A stretch of 64,000 nucleotides of DNA from Octopus vulgaris (Eukaryota): assembly GCA_951406725.2 (NCBI GenBank), contig OX597816.1:131874001-131938000 (forward strand), given 5' to 3'. Positions 38,488 to 51,743 of the stretch are shown here, one piece after another. Both the position numbers and the translations under genes were made by a program. The stretch's first letter is position 1. Every line of letters starts with the position of its first letter. A model generated the notes under the pieces. The model was not told where the DNA came from. It worked only from the letters and a program-made list of their open reading frames with translations, and made no database searches.

Positions 38488-40039
38488 TAATCATGTATGT
38501 GCATGTATGAATGTCTGTATATGAGTATGTATATGAGTATATGAGTTCAGAAACTAGGAAACGAAGAAGGTGTGAGAGAAAAGCAAAAAAGAGGGAGTCA
38601 CTGTAGAATGAGATGGAGTGAAAAACTTATTTAAAGTGAGGGTGATTATGGAACATATGCTAATATGGGGGAGTGATGAGACAGCCACCACAATTGGAAG
38701 AAGCAACTGGGAGAGAGAGAGGGAGAAAGATAGAGGGAGTGAGAGACCGGAGAACGGGAAGAGAGAAAGATAACTATAGAATCAAAAAAGATAGATATGC
38801 TAAACACATGAGACACTGTATCATGACATTGCATCACATGACTAAATGGAAAAAGCAGACAACATATCACATGACAAATAAACAAGAAGATAATGTTATT
38901 TTGTGCGTCTGATGCTTATGTTTTTTATGGTGTGTCATTTATGCAATTTTATTTTGATGTTAATTATACATTAAAGAAATTTAAGCAAACATATTAAGAA
39001 ATATAAAGAAGATGATGCGAACTATTGAGAAGGATGAGTAGGTAAGATACCCTGTTAAATCTTGCTTAGAAAATTGGCCACACACATCCATATTCTTGCT
39101 GCGTTCAAGTCTTGACAATTTTGCTTTTATTTCCAGTTAGGAGTTGTTTCACTTATATTGGTGTACATGCATACCTATACAGTTAAAAAGTTTGCTTCAT
39201 AACCAAGAGGTTTGGGGTTCCATTTCACTGTATGGTACCTTGGGCAAGTGTCCTTTAACATAGTTTTAGGCTGATCAATGCCTTTTGAGTGGAAAATGGT
39301 AGATAGAAATTGTGTGGAATCCCATTATATATGTGTATGTATTTATGTATGTATTATGTATGTATGTATGTATGCATGTACATATGTACATATGTATTCA
39401 TGTATGCATGTATATATGTATGTATATGCATGTGTGTATGTATGTGTGCATGAATGTTTGCATTGTGTATGTATGCACACATTCATACACATATGTATGC
39501 ATGCACATATGCATGTATGTGAATGCATGTGTGTATGTATGTGTTCATCAATGTTTGAACTGTGTACATCTCTTAATACTGTTTGAGCTAAAAGGGTAAT
39601 TTTCTTTTTAGATCTCCTATAAACAATACACCCCATAGTTCTGTGTTTTGCAGGGCAATCGGAATTTTTTAAAATCTCTTGTAAAAGAGGTAAGGGTTGA
39701 TAGCAGAAAGAGTCCTTCTGTTTATAGTGGTTGGTTAGTCTACATTACTCAGTAAGGAGAATAGGGCTGGTTTTCCAGTTTCTCTGACATATATATTCCT
39801 TTCTGGATAGGACACTGGTCCATCATAGAATTACTCATTTTCATCAACTGCATGGCCTGGAGCAATGTGAAACGAAGTGTCTTTTCACAAGAACACAATG
39901 CACCACCAAGTCCAGGAATATAAACCACAATATTATGATTGAGTCTTTCAATAAGGCAACACCCTACAATGCATTTGAGGTATTGGTACTGATTCCAACA
40001 TTTGGTGTACTTGACTGGTCTGTAGAATAAATCCACTCT

Positions 40040-41628
40040 ATAGATGTTAAAACCTGCAAAATACTGGCATGAACCGGAAATCTCTACAAGAATAGTGATA
40101 CTGACAGGCTCTATCTAAGAGATGAAAGACTTAGAGGCTTGAGCTCAATGCAGACAGCCTGCAGATGTCATACAGCCTCTCTCAGACAACACTTCCTAAA
40201 CAACAGCAGTAAAAATAAATACATAAACTCAGTACTGAAAAGTGAAGAGAACAATATCCTATGTGTTGGCAGCAAACTCCTCAGAAAGCATTCTCGCACT
40301 GATGGCCTCCTATTCAATTCCCAAAATACCTCAAAGAAGACTTGGATATGAAAGGCTCAACATACCAAAAAAAAAAGAAGACCATGTATGGGTATGTTTC
40401 CCTGAAGACTTGAAGAAGACAGTAATATTGGTATGAAATGCAGCCTCTCTTGGATTCATGGCTACTACATCACATCACACTTCAAAAACTATGCATTTGC
40501 AATCCAAGAACAGTAGATTGCTACTAAATACCTAATCAACAAAAGAGACAATGAAGCCTTTAGAGTTCCATGATGCAACCAAAAATGTAGATTATGTCAT
40601 ATTTCTGTGGAAGACATCACACAGGTGATTAACTGCTACCCAAAAATATCATCAAGTTGCTTCCTCCCTACCCAACATGTTGTTGTTGCAAAAATTATAT
40701 ACGAGGCCACTTAGAAAAAAAGACTGTTGTAGAATAAATATAGAGAATCCCCCTGTTATTGAATATGTGCACAAATACTAGCACAAGGAATACTGGTGGA
40801 ACATTCCCATCAAAACATATCAAGTGTAAACATAATAGGCTGGATATTGTTGTTTGGGACAGACAAGAAAAAGTATGTACCATCATAGATAGAGGTCAGC
40901 TGTCCTACTAATGTGAACATCTCTTTCAAAATCAAAGAAAGAAGTTGACTATGGACAACCGGCTTCTATATCCAGATTATAAATTCACATTTATACCAAT
41001 AATGATTGGTGGACTTGGTTTTGTTATTTGCCTAAATATGTTTCTTTATTAGCCACACAGGGCTGAACACAGAGGGAACAAATTACAAAGTAGAGCTTTT
41101 CTTTTTGGGGATAAAAAAAAGGAAAATAAAAATAAAAAATAAAAAGGGGGTAGGTTTTCGATCAAAAGGGATCATAAAAAGAGAGAAAAAAAAATCAATA
41201 GGGATCATGTATCACAGAAATGTCATGATGTAAAGTGTAAAGGGGGAAGCAGAAAAGCCTACGGAAAAGACCACAGTAACCATGGTCAATAATGTCACAT
41301 GTTAACACATTTATTTGCAAGTAAGTAATTCTCTGTTTTAAATTTTTCCAGGTTCATAGGATTATGCTCAAGATGGCTTTGTCATTCATATGTGCCAACA
41401 ATCTTGATAAGCTAGGATTTTGAGAAAAAGAAATCAACCAGCAAACTTGCACATTACAAATACAGTCTGTAAGTGGAACAGTAATAATATACAAGACTTT
41501 TCTCAGGTTCAAAATGTGACATTGTTTTTGTTAACTACATTTCAATGTTGGAGCTTTGTATCTTTGCTAGAAACCAGCTTCTTCTCCTGAGAAAGTATTT
41601 AAATGATTTAAATAATTGAAAACAGAAA

Positions 41629-41630
<2 letters not shown>
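40040..41630 (+). pseudogene. Decayed R4/Dong-like non-LTR element, C-terminal part (zinc knuckle plus RLE) and 3' UTR
   Basis: DRLYLR..RGL, FAIQEQ*IATKYL, CRLC...EDITQVINC, KHNRLDIVVWD, EVSCP, IPIMIGGLG and KTFLRFKM*. It has many frameshifts and is interrupted at ~41030-41400. Confidence 0.78.
41041..41400 (-). mobile_element. Inserted 3' end of another LINE (tentatively L1/Tx1-like)
   Basis: It interrupts the R4-like frame. On the - strand it has a T-rich 3' UTR ending ctctgtgttcagccctgtgtggctaataaagaaa. Confidence 0.5.
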
Positions 41631-41664
<34 letters not shown>

Positions 41665-43185
41665 TACAATGAGCTTCTGCATTGTTTCAATAAACCAGCT
41701 TCACTCACAAGGAATTAGTCAACCTGAAGCTATAGTAGAGAACATTTGTCCAAGATGTCATGCACTGAGACTGAACTCGAAGCCATGTGGTTGCAAAGTG
41801 AACACTTTTCCGCCAAGCAGCCATACTTACACCTGTATTTTGACTGTGAATCAGTTGAAGTCACTGCTGTTGTTGGTAATAAAATCTATAGTATACTTAT
41901 AAAGGAAAAACTGCTGCAACATATTAGACCAGGGAAGGCAGAACTCAGTTTTTCCCTATCTAGCATTTCTACAGCCATTATTGAGCCCTGTCTAATGGCA
42001 AATGACAATGATGGCTATAGTTTCTGGTCAATGATTTGGGATTTTTTTCTATAGCCATAACATTTCATCATACTGTCTTTAACTGTGACTCAATATCCAG
42101 CCCAGCAAACTACCCTAACCTAACACTTCCCTAGGATTACCTCTTCTCTTTGAAAAGGCATGACCATTGCAATTTCCTGTTTCCTTCCTAGGCTTCTAGA
42201 CTATGTAACTCACATAAACAATATGAATGAAAGCAACGTTATGAGATGTTTGTCAAAATTAATCAGATATTCGCTTATTTAGGTCATCAATGAACTTTCT
42301 CACAAAGCTGGTTATATAACTGATGTTGTTCTCATGAACAACAATATGTAAATGGAATGCACACATAAAAAAAAGATCAAAGTAATAACTTCTGGATGAT
42401 AGCAATCTCAACCATGTATTTTTCCAAAGTTCCTTTCAATACTTCAAACTCTATCGATATCTATAATAATAGAAGTCTTGATGACCTTATGTTGGATTTA
42501 AAAGTCTAGATTTCCATAATGATTTCTCTTCCCTTATCACTAAGGGCATCTTTGCTAAAACCCTAAACCTACATAAACCAGTTATATAAAAGAAAATCTC
42601 ATTTTCCATATAACTAAATTGGATAGAATATTGATTTCACTGAGATATGCAGAACTAGAAGAAAAACTGGATAAAAATCAGTCTACATGAAAAAAAAAAA
42701 AAAAAAAAAAAGGATGTTAACACTAAACTGGCAATAGAAAAGCAAAAACAATTGTTTTGGCAGTAAAAGTTGGCATTTGTCAAAATTCTGCATAGAGAAA
42801 CATTCTTTAATTCTGTACTAAATTGTTTGTTACAGAGCAAAACAAAAAAAAAAGCACTTATCTGTTCTCTGACTATACACATAGTCTGAGCAATAATCTT
42901 AACAATCTTTAAAGCAAAATTCTATATACAGTGATAAAACTTAGAAGTTTGATTCCGATTTAAATTCTTCACTTTTAAAGGGAAAAAGGAATGAACTTTT
43001 CTGGTTATAACTAATTATCTTCACACTGACAAGGTGATTTAAAATAATTTTTCAAGTGACAATTTTGTATCTATTCTTATTGAAAAACCTTTTTAACGTA
43101 ATAATTGTTCTTATTAAAATCTTTTCAAAATGGCTTGAGAAAAAGCTTAAAATATGAGTTTATAATGGAAATAAATAAATTTACA

Positions 43186-43232
<47 letters not shown>

Positions 43233-43379
43233 AGTTGGCACTGGCTATATGTTGTCTATACATGCATCTATTAACAATAGACCAACATATTCTCTGGATT
43301 TTTTTCCTGATATTCTTAAACTTTGTTAATGTATAACAAGGGTTTCAAATTTTTGGCACAAGACCAGCAGACTTGGAGA

Positions 43380-43550
43380 AGGGGTAAGTCAATTACATGG
43401 ATCCCAGTGTTTAACTGGTACTTATTTTACTGACCCCCAAAAGGATGAAAGGCAAAGTCGACCTCCATGGGATTAGAACTCAATACATGAAGATGGATGA
43501 AATGCTGCTAAGCATTTTGTCCAGCTTGCTAACAATTCTACCAGCTCACT
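43380..43550 (-). mobile_element. SINE family B, decayed
   Basis: aaggatgaaaggcaaagtcgacctc...attctaccagctc. Confidence 0.8.
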
Positions 43551-43588
43551 GTGTGTGTGTGTGTGTGTATACATATGTATGTGCATAT

Positions 43589-43632
<44 letters not shown>

Positions 43633-43712
43633 TCTGAAAAAACATAAATCCAAAAGAAGCACACTCTAAGATATAGAGCAGTATATATTAAAAATGGGGA
43701 CGGCTGGTTTAT

Positions 43713-43773
43713 GGGATTATCTTAGGTTTCCCATCCATAAAGAGTTTAGCTTTATGGTGTATCGTCAGATCCC
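43713..43773 (-). ncRNA. Type-I hammerhead ribozyme motif
   Basis: Reverse complement: gggat-CTGACGA-taca-ccataaag-ctaaact-ctttatgg-atgg-GAAA-cctaaga-TA-atccc. Stem I is 5 bp, the stem II core is 8 bp, and stem III has one mismatch. Confidence 0.65.
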
Positions 43774-44001
43774 AAAACCTTTTGGCCTAAGGCCTCTTAA
43801 GAATATAGAGGAGGAAATGCCTCACTACTCAAAGGTAACAATAGGAATTATCTCCTTTGGCTATCGGCTATCAACTTCCAGCTGTGCCACCATTTTGTAG
43901 GCTCCAAAAGGCTAGCAGGAATTTCCTGAAATGTAAACATGGCCTGAAAATCTCCACTGTGCATAATTTGCATCATTTTGTCCCATTGATGTATATATAT
44001 A

Positions 44002-44190
44002 GGCACAAGCATGGGTCTGTAGTTAAGAAGCTTGCTTCCAATCCATGTGATCTTGGATTTGGTCCCACTGCATGGTACTTGGGTAAGTGCCCGCTACAGG
44101 CTGACAAAAACCTAGTGAGTAGATTTTGGTAGGTAAAAACTGAAAGAAGCCCATCATGTATATATAACATATTATGTGGGAGTGTGTGTG
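44002..44190 (+). mobile_element. 5' half of a SINE split by the RTE insertion (3' half at ~48570-48812)
   Basis: A-type head ends at 44190. The family D body and RTE-type tail resume after the RTE 5' end. Confidence 0.65.
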
Positions 44191-44423
44191 TATCATCATC
44201 ATCATCATCATCGTTTAACGTCCGCTTTCCGCGCTAGCACGGGTTGGACGGTTTGACCGGGTCTGGGAAGCCAGGGGCCGCTCCAGGCTCCAGTCTGAAT
44301 CTGGCAGGGATGCCCTTCCTAACGCCAACCACTCCGTGAGTGGATTGGGTGCTTTTTACGTGCCACCTGCACAGGGGCCGGAGGGTCCGGCATCGTCACG
44401 ATCGGTTCGAGCATTTTAACGTG

Positions 44424-47400
44424 TCAGCGGCACGGGGGCAACGAGGTCCGGGGTACTTTGGGGATCGGGGTACTTTGGGGATCCAGGGTACTTTGGGGAT
44501 CCGGGGTACTTAGAATGGGTAGGGGGTATGTGGAATTGCTGCAGAAAGCAGCCCGGGTCTTTGTAGTCACAGCATATCTCCAGAGATCTCGGTCCTTCGC
44601 CATTGCCTCAGTGAGGCCCAATGCTCTGAGGTCATGCTTGACCACCTCATCCCATGTCTTCCTGGGTCTACCTCTCCCCCTGATACCTTCAACTGTTTGG
44701 GAGTGGCACTTCTTCACACATCTCTCTTCATCCATCCGCAGCACATGACCATACCATCGCAAGCGTCGCTCTTGCACACCACATCTGATGCTTCTTATAT
44801 CCAGCATTTCTCTCAGGATACTTACACTCTGTTTTGCGTGCACACTGACACTACACATCCAGCGGATCATGCTAGCTTCATTTCTTTAAAGTCTACGCAT
44901 GTCTTCTGCAGTCACAGCCCATGTTTCATTACCGTGAAGCATGGCAGTTCGCACACATGCATCATACAATCTACCTTTTGCTCTGAGGGAGAGGCCTTTT
45001 GTTGCCAGTAGGGGTAGGAGCTTTCTGAACTTTGCCCAGGCTATTCGTATTCTAGTGGTGATACTCTCTGTGCATCCACCTCCGCTACTAACTTGGTCTC
45101 CCAGGTAGCGGAAACTATCAACTACTTCTAGTTTCTCTCCCTGGAGTGTGATGGAATCTGTTTTCTGAGTGTCTGTTGTGTCTATTGTCCCTGTGCATCT
45201 GCCGCACATGAAAGCTATCTTATCTGTTAATTTCCCTTTAATGTTGCTGCACCTCTTATGTGTCCATAACTTACATTGGGTGCATCTTATGGAGTTTCTA
45301 CCTGTACCTTTCCTACAGGTTGAGCAGGGCCACCTACCCGAGGGGATGTGTGTTGAGTACCTCTTGCTGCTTACTAATACTTTGGTCTTTGCTACATTTA
45401 TTCTAAGGCCCTTTGATTCCAACCCTTGCTTCCACACCCGAAATTTCTCTTCTAGTTCCGGTAGTGATTCTGCTATGAGAGCTAGGTCATCGGCATAGAG
45501 GAGCTCCCAGGGGCATCCCATTTTGAATTCCTCTGTTATTGCCTGAAGGACTATGATGAATAAAAGGGGACTGAGGGCTGAGCCCTGGTGCACACCTACT
45601 TCTACTCGGAATTCTTCACTATATTCGTTGCCAATCCTAACCTTGCTAACAGCCTCTCTGTATAGAGCCTGTACAGCCCTTATTAGCCATTCTTCAATCT
45701 CCAGTTTCCGCATCGACCACCAGATAAGGGAACGGGGAACCCTGTCAAAGGCTTTCTCCAAGTCTACAAAAGCTATGTAGAGGGGTTTATCTTTAGCTAG
45801 GTACTTCTCCTGCAGTTGTCGGACCAGGAATATAGCATCAGTGGTGCTTCTACCTGGTACAAAACCGAACTGCATTTCATCTAAACAAATTCTCTCCCTA
45901 ATGAGATTGGTTATGACCTTCTCCGAGACCTTCATCACCTGGTCCAACAGTTTGATACCTCTGTAGTTATTTCTATCTAGAGCATCACCCTTACCCTTGT
46001 AGCAGTTGACTATGGTACTGCTGCACCAGTCATTGGGTATGGCTCCATTGTGAACTACCTGGTTTACAATGCGGGTGACTATGGCATGGCCCACATAGCC
46101 AGCTGTTTTAAGCATCTCAGCAGTGATTCCTGATAGGCCAGGGGCTTTGCCTGGTTTCATATCCTTAATTGCCTTATCTACAAGGGAGCTGTCTATTCGG
46201 GTAGCTGGTCCCTCTACTGGGTCAACATTTGGCAGGCTCTCCTCCTCCCATTCATTCTCCTCATTCAGCAGTCTTTCATAATGGCTTCTCCAAGCCTCTT
46301 TCTTTTCACTAGTAGTAAAAGCAAGTGCCCCATCATCCATGCGGACACATTTCTCTCCTATAACATCGCTATTTTCTCTGACACACTGTCTGGCAATCCG
46401 AAATACTTCAGCTCTTTGATCCTCGCGACGCTGGACATTGGCAAACTTCTTCTTTTCTGCTACATCTTTGGCAATGTATACCTGCCGCCCAGCCTCCCTT
46501 TTGGCTATCTGGTACAGTTCCCTGCTGCCCCCATCCTTCCAGGCTTTCCAGGCTCGTCTCTTTTCACAGATGGCTTTATCTACTGCACTATTCCACCACC
46601 ACGTAATTCTAGGTCTGGAAGGGACTTTGCACCATCCACAAACTTGGTCTGTGGCACTCAACAAGCTGTCCCGTAGGAATTCCCAGCTACCTTCTATGTC
46701 TGACGTCTGAAGCTCCTCTTCCCTCTCATCAAATTTCTTGATGAGTATGTCCCTAAATTTCTGACCATGCGAAGGGTTCTTTAGCCTCCAAATCCTTCTT
46801 TTCTGGATTGGTTTGTTTCTTGGAGTCCTTCTGGCCTAAAGCTTAAAGTCACTGATGATTAGTCTATGCTGAGGGATACATTCTTCACCCGGGAGGGTCT
46901 TTGTATTCAAGAGCAACCCTGCATCCCATTGTCTGGTGAGGATGAAGTCTATTTGGCTAGCGGAGTCTCCTGACTGATAAGTTATAAGGTGGCAGACTGG
47001 CTTCTTGAAGTTAGTGTTGCAGATTGAAAGGTTACATGCATCACAGAATTCCAGTAGTCTAGTTCCCTCATCATTTCTGGTGCCAATACCATAGCCACCA
47101 TGTACCCCAGTGAAGATACCCGATTCCCGCCCACCATGCCCATTAAAATCTCCACCTACAAAGATGAGGTCCTTGTTACTAGTCTTTGAAGTAGCCTGCG
47201 GAAGGGTATCATAAAAGTTGTCCTTCTGATCATTTGGTAGTCCCGCTTGTGGGGCATAGGCTGAGATAATCATAGCTGTGCCACTCTGTAGGACCAACCT
47301 GAGCTTAAGCACTCTATCACAAACCCTGACAACCTCTATGACCTTATCCACCCATTCCTCCGCAAGGAGAATGCCTACACCCCCTACACCTTCCGCGTTA

Positions 47401-47725
47401 CCTTGCCAGTAGAGTTTGTATCTAAGTGCCTTGCCCGTGAGGACCCTAGCCAAAGCATCTCTCCATCTTACCTCTTGTATGCAGCATACATCAACCTGTC
47501 TTCTCTCTAGCATCTCTACAATCTCACTAGACTTGCCTGTCAATGTACCAACATTGATAGTGCCAACTCTGAAAACTGGGAAGGAGATGTGGGGGGGACA
47601 GGGGGATTCGGCGCCTGAGAAGAGGAGGGTTGTAGTGGTGGTGATAGTTTTCGTGGTATTTTTCTTTTGATCTCTCTTCCAACCTGACCACGCCGTGGGC
47701 AGGAGCTGGTGTTAGCAGTGGACAT
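44424..47725 (-). pseudogene. RTE ORF (APE, RT, internal PHD-type finger) with 2 in-frame stops and 1 frameshift
   Basis: ATG 47725 MSTANTSSCPRRGQV..., probable frameshift in the C-run near 47590, then RVGTINVGT, IQEVRW, SAYAPQ, GDFNGH, IDFIL, PQHR. TAG at 46836-46838. RT NYRGIKLL, QFGF, DLEKAFDRV, GVHQGS.LSP, YADD. TAA at 44886-44888, then ERRLRWYGHVLRM and RGRGRPRKTW. Confidence 0.93.
44447..44510. repeat. 18-bp tandem repeat (ccggggtactttggggat) x ~3.5 at the RTE ORF end
   Basis: Directly visible; translates as STLDPQ/STPDPQ repeats. Confidence 0.9.
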
Positions 47726-48077
47726 TCGTTATCGTCACTGAGTAACGTAATTAGGTAGAGGAAAGAAATACAGATATTCTAGAGTTGAGTTGGGGAGGGG
47801 GGTCCAGTTGAGGTGGGTAATATAGGGGAGCAACCAGTGGGGAAGGTTGGGGTAAGGAGGAACGATGGCAGGAAGGGTTGGTGTAGGTTCCTAAGAAATA
47901 AAAACGTAGGATATTACGAGGCGGGAGGGTACTAAAAGGGGATGGTCGGATTGAGGCAGTGTCAGGAGGAAGCGTAAGATCGGTGGGCAGTTGATGAGCT
48001 ATGGCGCTAGCAGCTTGTCTTTTCCCAGTGAAAGCATATGAGGAGAAGGGGTAGTGGGGGGGAGGAGGAGGGAGTAG

Positions 48078-48265
48078 GGCGTACCCGGTGTAGATGAGTA
48101 AGGCGTATCCGGTGTAGATGGTGAGAACAGGGTATACTGGTATTGGTGGTGGGGGTGAGAACAGTGTTCACCGGTATTGGTGGTGGTGGCGGTGAGAACA
48201 GTGTTCACCGGTATTGGTGGTGGGGGTGAGAACAGTGTTCAACGGTATTGGTGGTGGGGGTGGTG
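48078..48265. repeat. Tandem repeats in the RTE 5' UTR
   Basis: Two copies of ggcgta(c/t)ccggtgtagatg, then ~4 copies of a ~33-bp unit ggtgagaacagtgttcaccggtattggtggtgg. Confidence 0.9.
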
Positions 48266-48817
48266 GGGGGGGGCGCACCGCCAATGGCGGAAAGATGGGA
48301 AAAGATGGGATTACGGCTTGAGGCAGCCTAAGGTTAAATTTTGTAGAGAGAGAGATAGGAAAGATAAATCAAGTTATGGCGAAGGCTTGAAAGTAGCCTA
48401 AAAGGTTAAATTTTCGTAACAGTGTATGAATAAACGTAGTAACAACGAATAAAAATAGTAAGATAAATTTTTAAGAACTTGCTGCGGGCATCGAGCGGGA
48501 GTTGAAATTGAAGAAGAAAGTAAGTTGAACTGGGAATTTAAATATATATATAAAACATAATATGTGGCTGTACTCTTGTCTATATAACACATGATGATTG
48601 CAAAATGAGCATCATCATCCTACAAGCAAGGTTCTGTGCTTACAGTCTTCTGTAAGAAGCATGTCTAGTTATGGGAATATATTACCTTGCTTAGAAATAT
48701 GTAAGAGTTAATGACAGGAAGGGCATCTGGCTATAGAAAATCCAGCTCAACAAATGCCTTCTGAACCATGCAGGTATAGAAAAGTGGATGTTAAAACAAT
48801 GATGATAATAATCACAT

Positions 48818-48887
<70 letters not shown>

Positions 48888-50462
48888 ATATGTCTATATT
48901 TATATACAAAAACAAACATATTTATATATATATATATATATATACATACATACAAACATATAATAGAGGGATGACCAGTAAGTGGAAATCCCTTATGCTA
49001 GAAGTTGACCCCCTATGGTCTTACCACTAAGAAAGGAATGTTCTCAAGAAAATTTAGCAAACACCAGAACGTAAGTGAGCAAGACAAATAAAAAGATACA
49101 AAATATACAGATTAATCACAACCCAGTTTTGTTGTTACCACTTAATCACTTACGTAGATGTCCGCAAATCGTAACTGTGATCATCATAGCAAAATATAAT
49201 TTGCAGAACTATGCACGAGACGTCCGCATGAGATTGAACATGTATACAGTTCTACCAATTACATTTGGGGTTATATTTCAAAAGTCTTCGTTTTAGTGCG
49301 CCAAAATACCAGAAATAATTCTGCAGAAAATAATTCTCTGCAGTGAATTTTGCTGGTTAGAGAACATAGTTATTTAAATTTAAATTTAAAATAATAAGAG
49401 AAATTGAATATTAATTTGATTAATATCAATTTAAATACATATATATATATGCACGCACATAGGCAAATTGAAAATAAAAATAAGCACAAAAACAACAAAA
49501 GTCAAAAGGACATATGCAGTGAATGCATTAGCTAGATATTCAGTTTAAGATGGGAAAAATAGGAAGTGTGTGACTTTGAGCATGGCTCTTTGTCAGAAAG
49601 AAAAAAAGAGGAAAGGTCTGGAGAGAAGGGGAAAACAGCCAAAGAAAAGCACATATATATTCACACATGCTTATGAGAGGCTTCTGCATAGATTCCATCT
49701 ACTTCACCTATTTGGATTATATTGGTCAACTTGTGGCTGAAGACACCCAAAGTGTGTTGTACCCTGAGATGAAACTCAGAGGCACAAAGAAAAATGTCTT
49801 AACCTCTTTGCCATTCATGCACTTCTGTACCTATGTTTCTCACTCTCTACCTCAAGATTCCCTTCAACTCCTTTTCTTCCCCAATCTCTCTCTCTTTCTC
49901 TTCCTCCCTTTTACCTCCCATTCTTCCCTTATTTTCACACTATGCCCTCAGACGTACACACACACACACACACTCATTTGATTCTATAATATATGATGAT
50001 TATACCTCTTCATCCACTCATCTCCACACATCTGATTTTATAATAAATAGTTACACCTCCTTCATTGCTACCTGCACATTGTGCTACCCCCAACCACCAC
50101 AAAAAAATTAATAAAAAAGATAAATAAATTATTAAGCATCAAATAGAAGAATAGGTAACTTGTCACATGATGTCAGTTTTTTATATTTTCTTTGAGGTAA
50201 GATTTGAGGCCATAAAAGCTGTAGCTTATATATTATGTTTTCAAACTTTCTGGTTTTTCCTTTTTTTTTTCTTAATATTTTGTTGTTTTTGTAACTGGCT
50301 TGTTAGATAGAGTTATACGCTTTAAAACCCAACCAAAAACTACCTGAGATAAATAAAACTGATTTTCAACAGTATATTATTCCACAGTGTATTTATTTTC
50401 ACATTCGCCTTTGATAAAACTGTCAGGTGAAAGTTCTTTTGTGGTCAGTTACACAACAGAAA

Positions 50463-50507
<45 letters not shown>

Positions 50508-51702
50508 TAGGTACACTGGTTTCCTTAGTTTCATGGAATGTGCACGTGATTACTTAGCAACATATAATTGGCAGTATGTGAGTGTTTGGTGGAGGTGGTG
50601 GGGGCTAGGGGGTTCAATTAGAATGGTTAAGGTGAGGAGAGAAAAGACAAGTCTAAAGAAAATAACAACAAAACATGAATGTATAAAAAAAACAAGCTTA
50701 AAATCATCAATCAATGATTAGTGTTGTAGGTTTTTTTCTTTAAGATAGCAAAAGCATTTCCACCACCATCAACGCCACTACCATCTCCACACCAACTGCT
50801 ACAGCAACCACTAATATCATTACAACCATCAGCGCCACCATCTCATTGACTTACCATTGCTACTTTGACCAATGGCATGGCTGGAGTGAGTGCCGCCTTG
50901 GGCAGCTCTTGCATTTGCCATCCTTCTAGGCCTTGAGCTGATATAGATCTTCACAGTGGACCCAAGAGTGCTACCCCCATAAAAGAGTTGTGCAAAATGA
51001 ACTGTCCCCATGGACTTACAACGGATATGTGTTACTGATAGGTGTAACAGATGCACTGGTTATTAGTACTGATAGCAGGCTAGTTAAAAATCAGTGTGAT
51101 ATACACCAAAAATGGATTAACAGAGGCAGAAGTAAATTCTTACAGATTTTATATATCCTTAGGGGCAGTGTAGAGATTCCAAAGTAGTCAGCTATTTTCC
51201 ATTGGTAAGATGTTAGTAATAACAAAGCTCTACTCAACTTTTGAGGAAATGTTTATGTCAAATGTAGGGCGATAGAAAGTGATACATAAGGGACATCTAA
51301 GAGTGAAAATGAACTGTCCAAAAATATTCAAAGCGGGGACTGGATCTATACATTTTCAAAAGCTGAAAGCAGGTCAGGTAAACAAAGAAAGTGTAGAAGT
51401 TTATCAGTGTTGAACTAAATTTCGCCTAAGATGTTCAGGGAAAGAATAGGGCTTATCTAAATTGAATGGAGTATGACAGTTGACTCTCATAAATTTCCAA
51501 GTACGGGGGTGGGGGGGATGCCAAGCACAATGAAACGTGGCTTACAGAAAAGTCTAGGCTAAGATTTCAATTCTTGGCTAACAATCCAGGAACTGACCAT
51601 TTGAAGATTCTTAGCTATGCTACTGACTAAAGAAAAACACAACTAGCACTAATGTTGCCCATGCACCCTGGCTGCTGTCAACACCATCATTATCATTGTT
51701 GT

Positions 51703-51743
<41 letters not shown>

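Larger units (their letters stand above)
44192..48550 (-). mobile_element. RTE-clade LINE, near full length
   Basis: (GAT)n tail at 44192-44212, 3' UTR, one long APE-RT frame and ~0.8 kb of 5' UTR. The 5' boundary is approximate. Confidence 0.92.

Noticed and set aside
44160-48572. TSD for the long RTE (acatattatgtgg versus acataatatgtgg)
   Set aside because: The match is imperfect, low-complexity and not directly adjacent to the 3' tail, so it cannot define the boundary.
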